DNA from: the human T2T-CHM13v2.0 reference genome, Homo sapiens
Strand: one strand, 5' to 3'
NCBI RefSeq assembly: GCF_009914755.1
Contig: NC_060948.1
Length of the DNA: 64,000 bases
The position numbers and the translations under genes are program-made. Each line of letters begins with the position of its first letter. Position 1 is the first letter of the stretch. The notes beneath the pieces are model-generated. The model was not told the DNA's origin, ran no database searches, and saw only the letters and a list, made by a program, of their open reading frames with translations. Below are positions 56,601 to 64,000 of the stretch, one piece after another.

Positions 56601-59600
56601 TTGGAATGGACTGTAATGGAATGGAATGGAAGGGATTGGAATGGACTCGAATGGAATGGACTGCAATAGAAAGGATTCGAATGGAATGAAAAAGAATTGA
56701 ATGGAATAGAACAGAATGGAATCAAATCGAATGAAATGGAATGGAATAGAAAGGAATGGAATGAAATGGAATGGAAAGGATTCGAATGGAATGCAATCGA
56801 ATGGAATGGAATCGAACGGAATGGAATAAAATGGAAGAAAACTGGCAAGAAATGGAATCGAAATGAATGGAGTGTTATGGAACGGACTCAAAAGGAATTG
56901 AATGTAATAGAATGGAGTGGAGTGGAGTGGACACGAATATAATGGACTGGAATGGAATGAAATCACATGGAATGGGAACGAATGGAATGGAATGGAAAGG
57001 AATGGAATCGAATGGAAAGGAATCGAATGGAAGGGAATGAAATTGAATCAACAGGAATGGAAGGGAGTAGAATAGACGGTAATGGAATGGACTCGAATAG
57101 AATGGACACGAATGCTCAAATTGAATGCACTCGAATGGAATGGAAACGAAAGGAATGTCATCGAATGGAATTGAATCGATTGGAAAGAAATCGCATAGAA
57201 TGGAGTGGAATCAAATGGAATTGAATCGAAAGGAAAGGAAGCGAATGGACTGAAATGAAATGGAATGGAATTGAATGGAAAGTTATGTAATGGAATAGAA
57301 TGGAACGAAATTTCACGGAATGGAATCAAACTGAATGGAATCAAATCAATGGAATCAAATCAAATGGAATGGAAAGGAATTGAATGGAGTAGATTGGATT
57401 GGATGGGATTGGAATGAAATGTACTGGAAAGGACTCGAATTTCATGAAACGGAATGGAATGAATTGGAACGGAACGGACTCGAATGGAATGGAATGTCAT
57501 GGAATGGCATCAAATGGAATGGCATCAAATGGAATGGAATCGAATGCAATGGAATGCTATGGAATGGAATGGAATGCATTGGAATGGAATGTCCTCTAAT
57601 GGAATGGATTCGAGTGGAATGGAATCGAATATAATGGAGTCGAATGAAATGGAATTGAAAGGAATGGGATCGAATACAATGGAATATACTGGAATGTAAT
57701 GTAATGAACTCGAATGTAATTGACTGGAATGGAATGTACATGAATGGAATGTAATCGCATGGAAAGTAATCCAATGGAATAGAATCTAATGCAATAAAAT
57801 CGACTCAGATAGAGTAGAATGTAATGGAATGGAGTGCAGTGCAATGGAATGGAATGGAATGGAATGCAATGGAATGGAATGGAATGGAATGGAATGGAAT
57901 GGAATGGTGTGGAATGGATAGTAATGGACTGGAGTGAAATGGACTGGAAAGGAATGGACTCAAATTGAAAGGGCTCGAAAGGAATGGAGTCAAATGGAAT
58001 GGTCTGGAATGGAATGAACACGAATGTAATGCAATCCAATAGAATGGAATCGAATGGCATGGAATATAAAGAAATGGAATCGAAGAGAATGGTAACAAAT
58101 GGAATGGAATTGAGTGGAATGGAATTGAATGGAATGGGAACGAATGGAGTGAAATTGTATGCAGTAGAAGAGAATAGAATGGAATGCAAGCGAAATTAAA
58201 GGAATGGATTGGAATGGAATGGAATTCATTGGAATGGAAGGGAATGTAGTGTAATGGACAGGCCTGGAATAAAGTGGAATGCTACGGTCTCGAATGGAAT
58301 AAAAATGTATGGAATGGAAGGCAATGAAACGGAATCGAATGTCATAGAATGTAATGGAATGCAAAAAAATGGAATCCGAAATCATTGACTGGAAAGGCTG
58401 GGTGTCGAAAGGAATTGACTCCAATGGAATGGAATCGAATGGAATGGAAGTGAATAGAATCGAACTAAATCGAATGGAATGGAATTGATAGGAACGGAAT
58501 GGAAAGGAATGCAATGATTTGGCATGGAATGGAATCGAATGGCATCGAATGGAATGGAATGGAATGCAATGGAATGGAATGTATTAGAATGTAATGAACT
58601 TTAATGGAATGTACTCGAATGGATTCGACTGGAATGGAATGTTCTGGAAGTGAATGGACTCCAATGGAATGGATTCAAAAGGAATGGAATCGTACGGAAT
58701 GGAATCTAATGGAATGGAATTAAATGGAAATGAATCAAATTGAATAGCACGGAATTGAATTGAATGGAATGGAATGCAATGGAATCTAATGAAACGGAAA
58801 GGAAAGGAATGGAATGGAATGGAATGGGCTGGAATGGAAAGGAATCGAAACGAATGGAATGGAATCGAACTGAAGAGACTGGAAAGGAATGCACTGGAAT
58901 GGAAGGGAGTGTAATGGAAGGTTCTCGGAAAAAATGGAATGGAATGGAATGGAATTGAATGGAACGGAATAGAGTCGAATGGAATTGAATGGAATGGAAT
59001 GGACTAGAGTGAAATGGAATCGAACCACAAGGAATGGACAGGAATAGAATGGTCTCGAATTGAATGGAATCGTATGGAATGGCATCAAACGGAATGGAAT
59101 GGACAGCCACGGAATGGAATGCACTCGAATGCAATGGAGTCGAAACTAATGGACTGGAATAGAATGGACTCGACTGGTACGGACTCCAATGGAATGGAAT
59201 CGAATGGAAGGGAATCGAACGGAATGGACTCGAAGGGAAAAGACTGCAATGGAAAGGTCTCAAATGGAATGGAAATTAATGGAATGGAATGGAATCGAAT
59301 GAAATGGAGTCAAAAGGAATGGAATCGAATGGCAAGAAATCGAATGTAATGGAATCGCAAGGAATTGATGTGAACGGAACGGAATGGAATGGAATCCAAA
59401 GGAATGGAATAGAATGGAATGGAATCGAATGGAAAGGACTCGAATGGAAATCACTCGAATAGAATGCAATTTAATAAAATAGGATCAAATGTAATGGAAT
59501 GGAATGGAAAGGAATCGAAACGAAAGGAATGGAGACAGATGGAATGGAATAGAACAGAGAGCAATGGTATAGAATGGAATGGAATCATCTGGAATGGAAT

Positions 59601-62600
59601 TGAATGGAATGGAATAATATGAAATGGAATGGAATGGAATGGAATGGAATGCCCTTGAATTAAATGGACTGGAATGGAATGGACTCGAACAGAGTGGAAT
59701 GGAAAGTGTTGAGATAGAATGGAATGGACTCCTTTGGAATGGTGTAGTATGCAATGCAATCGACTGGCAGGGAATCAAAAGGAATGTAATCGAATGGATT
59801 GGACTGGAATGCAATGGACTCGAATAGATTGCAAACGGAATGCAAAGGAATGGAATGGAATAGTATGGAATGGAATGGAAAGGAATGGAGTGGAATAGAC
59901 TAGAGTGGAATGGAATGGACTGGAAAGCAATGGACTGGAATGGAACTTTCTTGAATGGACTGGAATCAAACGGAATGGAATGCAATGCAATCAAATGGCA
60001 TGGAATAAAATAGAATGAAAGAGAATCAAATGGAATTGAATCGAATGGAATCGAATGGATTGGAAAGGAATAGAATGGAATGGAATGGAATGGACTAGAA
60101 TGGAATGGATTCGAATGGAAGGCAAAGGAATGGAATCTATTGGAATGGACTGTAATGGAATGGAATGGAAGGGATTGGAATGGACTCGAATGGAATGGAC
60201 TGCAATAGAAAGGATTCGAATGGAATGAAAAAGAGTTGAATGGAATAGAACAGAATGGAATCAAATCGAATGAAATGGAATGGAATAGAAAGGAATGGAA
60301 TGAAATGGAATGGAAAGGATTCGAATGGAATGCAATCGAATGGAATGGAATCGAACGGAATGGAATAAAATGGAAGAAAACTGGCAAGAAAGGGAATCGA
60401 AATGAATGGAGTGTTATGGAACGGACTCAAAAGGAATTGAATGTAATAGAATGGAGTGGAGTGGACTCGAATATAATGGACTGGAATGGAATGAAATCAC
60501 ATGGAATGGGAACGAATGGAATGGAATGGAAAGGAATGGAATGGAATGGAAAGGAATCGAATGGAAGGGAATGAAATTGAATCAACAGGAATGGAAGGGA
60601 ATAGAATAGACGGTAATGGAATGGACTCAAATAGAATGGACACGAATGCTCAAATTGAATGGACTCGAATGGAATGGAAACGAAAGGAATGTCATCGAAT
60701 GGAATTGAATCGATTGGAATGAAATCGCATAGAATGGAGTGGAATCAAATGGAATTGAATCGAAAGGAAAGGAAGCGAATGGACTGAAATGAAATGGAAT
60801 GGAATTGAATGGAAAGTAATGCAATGGAATAGAATGGAACGAAATTTCACGGAATGGAATCAAACTGAATGGAATCAAATCAATGGAATCCAATCAAATG
60901 GAATGGAGTAGATTGGATTGGATGGGATTGGAATAAAATGTACTGGAAAGGACTCGAATTTCATGAAACGGAATGGAATGAATTGGAACGGAATGGACTC
61001 GAATGGAATGGAATGTCATAGAATGGCATCAAATGGAATGGCATCAAATGGAATGGAATCGAATGCAATGGAATGCTATGGAATGGAATGGAATGCATTG
61101 GAATGGAATGTCCTCTAATGGAATGGATTCGAGTGGAATGGAATCGAATATAATGGAGTCGAATGAAATGGAATTGAAAGGAATGGGATCGAATACAATG
61201 GAATATACTGGAATGTAATGTAATGAACTCGAATGTAATTGACTGGAATGGAATGTACATGAATGGAATGTAATCGAATGGAAAGTAATCCAATGGAATA
61301 GAATCTAATGCAATAAAATCGACTCAGATAGAGTAGAATGTAATGGAATGGAGTGCAGTGCAATGGAATGGAATGGAATGGAATGCAATGGAATGGAATG
61401 GAATGGAATGGAATGCAGAGGAATGGAATGGAATGGAATGGGATGGAATGGTATGGAATGGATAGTAATGGACTGGAGTGAAATGGACTGGAAAGGAATG
61501 GACTCAAATTGAAAGGGCTCGAAAGGAATGGAGTCAAATGGAATGGTCTGGAATGGAATGAACACGAAAGTAATGCAATCCAATAGAATGGAATCGAATG
61601 GCATGGAATATAAAGAAATGGAATCGAAGAGAATGGAAACAAATGGAATGGAATTGAATGGAATGGAATTGAATGGAATGGGAACGAATGGAGTGAAATT
61701 GTATGCAGTAGAAGGGAATAGAATGGAATGCAAGCGAAAGGAAAGGAATGGATTGGAATGGAATGGAATTCATTGGAATGGAAGGGAATGTAGTGTAATG
61801 GACAGGCCTGGAATAAAGTGGAATGCTACGGTCTCGAATGGAATAAAAATGTATGGAATGGAATGCAATGAAACGGAATCGAATGTCATAGAATGTAATG
61901 GAATGCAAAAAAATGGAATCCAAAATCATTGACTGGAAAGGCTGGGTGTCGAAAGGAATTGACTCCAATGGAATGGAATCGAATGGAATGGAAGTGAATA
62001 GAATCGAACTAAATCGAATGGAATGGAATTGATAGGAACGGAATGGAAAGGAATGCAATGATTTGGCATGGAATGGAATCGAATGGCATCGAATGGAATG
62101 GAATGGAATGCAATTGAATGGAACGTATTAGAATGTAATGAACTTTAATGGAATGTACTCGAATGGATTCGACTGGAATGGAATGTTCTGGAAGTGAATG
62201 GACTCCAATGGAATGGATTCAAAAGGAATGGAATCGTACGGAATGGAATCTAATGGAATGGAATTAAATGGAAATGAATCAAATTGAATAGCATGGAATT
62301 GAGTTGAATGGAATGGAATGCAATGGAATCTAATGAAACGGAAAGGAAAGGAATGGAATGGAATGGAATGGGCTGGAATGGAAAGGAATCGAAACGAATG
62401 GAATGGAATCGAACTGAAGAGACTGGAATGGAATGCACTGGAATGGAAGGGAGTGTAATGGAAAGTTCTCGAAAAAAAATGGAATCGAATGGAATGGAAT
62501 TGAATGGAACGGAATAGAGTCGAATGGAATTGAATGGAATGGAATGGACTAGAGTGAAATGGAATCGAACCACAAGGAATGGACAGGAATAGAATGGTCT

Positions 62601-64000
62601 CGAATTGAATGGAATCGTATGGAATGGCATCAAACGGAATGGAATGGACAGCCACGGAATGGAATGCACTCGAATGCAATGGAGTCGAAACTAATGGACT
62701 GGAATAGAATGGATTCGACTGGTACGGACTCCAATGGAATGGAATCGAATGGAAGGGAATCGAACGGAATGGACTCGAAGGGAAAAGACTGCAATGGAAA
62801 GGTCTCGAATGGAATGGAAATTAATGGAATGGAATGGAATCGAATGAAATGGAGTCAAAAGGAATGGAATCGAATGGCAAGAAATCGAATGTAATGGAAT
62901 CGCAAGGAATTGATGTGAACGGAACGGAATGGAATGGAATCCAAAGGAATGGAATAGAATGGAATGGAATCGAATGGAAAGGACTCGAATGGAAATCACT
63001 CGAATAGAATGCAATTTAATAAAATAGGATCAAATGTAATGGAATGGAATGGAAAGGAATCGAAACGAAAGGAATGGAGACAGATGGAATGGAATGGAAC
63101 AGAGAGCAATGGTATAGAATGGAATGGAATCATCTGGAATGGAATGGAATAATATGAAATGGAATGGAATGGAATGGAATGGAATGCCCTTGAATTAAAT
63201 GGACTGGAATGGAATGGACTCGAACAGAGTGGAATGGAAAGTGTTGAGATAGAATGGAATGGACTCGTTTGGAATGGTCTAGTATGCAATGCAATCGACT
63301 GGCAGGGAATCAAAAGGAATGTAATCGAATGGATTGGACTGGAATGCAATGGACTCGAATAGATTGGAAACGGAATGCAAAGGAATGGAATGGAATAGTA
63401 TGGAATGGAATGGAAAGCAATGGAGTGGAATAGACTAGAGTGGAATGGAATGGACTGGAAAGCAATGGACTGGAATGGAACTTTCTTGAATGGACTGGAA
63501 TCAAACGGAATGAAATGCAATGCAATCAAATGGCATGGAATAAAATAGAATGAAAGAGAATCAAATGGAATTGAATCGAATGGAATCGAATGGATTGGAA
63601 AGGAATAGAATGGAATGGAATGGAATTGACTCAAATGGAATGGACTAGAATGGAATGGATTCGAATGGAAGGCAAAGGAATGGAATCTATTGGAATGGAC
63701 TGTAATGGAATGGAATGGAAGGGATTGGAATGGACTCGAATGGAATGGACTGCAATAGAAAGGATTCGAATGGAATGAAAAAGAATTGAATGGAATAGAA
63801 CAGAATGGAATCAAATCGAATGAAATGGAATGGAATAGAAAGGAATGGAATGAAATGGAATGGAAAGGATTCGAATGGAATGCAATCGAATGGAATGGAA
63901 TCGAACGGAATGGAATAAAATGGAAGAAAACTGGCAAGAAATGGAATCGAAATGAATGGAGTGTTATGGAACGGACTCAAAAGGAATTGAATGTAATAGA
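50700..64000 (+). repeat. Two-unit (~7.1 kb) super-repeat of alternating A and B unit haplotypes
   Basis: A8 run at 55368-55375 and 62472-62479; gaattgagttg, gcaattgaatggaacgtatt and actcaaatag also recur 7,104 bp apart. Confidence 0.8.

Larger units (their letters stand above)
1..64000 (+). repeat. DYZ1: Human satellite III array, DYZ1-like (Yq12 heterochromatin); GGAAT strand on +, about 18 tandem ~3.55 kb units
   Basis: Continuous degenerate GGAAT pentamers with no orientation switch. Landmarks (cagccacgg, gcccttgaattaa, aggctgggtgtcg, gacaggcctgg) recur every ~3.5 kb. The marker ORF MESNGKDSNGNH starts at 946, 4500, 8044, 11623, 16996, 20550, 24079, 27573, 31092, 34611, 38139, 41698, 45242, 48791, 52315, 55860, 59419 and 62964. 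Unit size and the single HaeIII and EcoRI sites agree with the known ~3.56 kb DYZ1 unit. Confidence 0.93.

Noticed and set aside
233-63980. Hundreds of ORFs (MEWNG-rich on +, FHSIP-rich on -, up to 318 aa)
   Set aside because: They are direct translations of (GGAAT)n/(ATTCC)n, which has no stop codon in any frame. They overlap in all frames, have no domains, and are frameshifted freely by 5-bp indels between units.
1-64000. CRISPR-like or prokaryotic repeat system
   Set aside because: There are no unique spacers, no leader and no cas-like ORFs; everything between landmarks is itself repeated.
1-64000. DYZ2 (AT-rich, Alu-containing) blocks, Alu/L1 insertions or inversions
   Set aside because: No non-GGAAT segment longer than a few tens of bases and no ATTCC-strand switch was seen.
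1-64000. Satellite II or alpha satellite assignment
   Set aside because: It lacks the HSat2 CATTCGATTC-dominated ~26-bp pattern and any 171-bp monomer or CENP-B box; pure GGAAT runs indicate HSat3.

Overview
The whole 64 kb is one uninterrupted, single-orientation tandem satellite made of diverged (GGAAT)n pentamers (CATTC on the minus strand), organised into a ~3.5-3.58 kb higher-order unit. There are about 18 copies, each with one AGGCCT (StuI/HaeIII) site and one nearby GAATTC (EcoRI) site. This architecture matches human satellite III DYZ1 of Yq12 heterochromatin (the classical '3.4 kb HaeIII' male-specific repeat). The identification is from recognition, not a database search. I see no credible genes, RNA genes or transposons; all listed ORFs are translations of the pentamer. 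I found no new gene system. The structure of interest is internal to the array: a 1,809-bp half unit joined through two pure GGAAT tracts (~13.63 kb), three perfect heat-shock elements per unit with lineage-specific losses, unit haplotypes forming emerging 2-, 3- and 8-unit super-periods, recent tandem duplications, conversion-like patches and one unusually diverged unit. All variant comparisons were done by eye.
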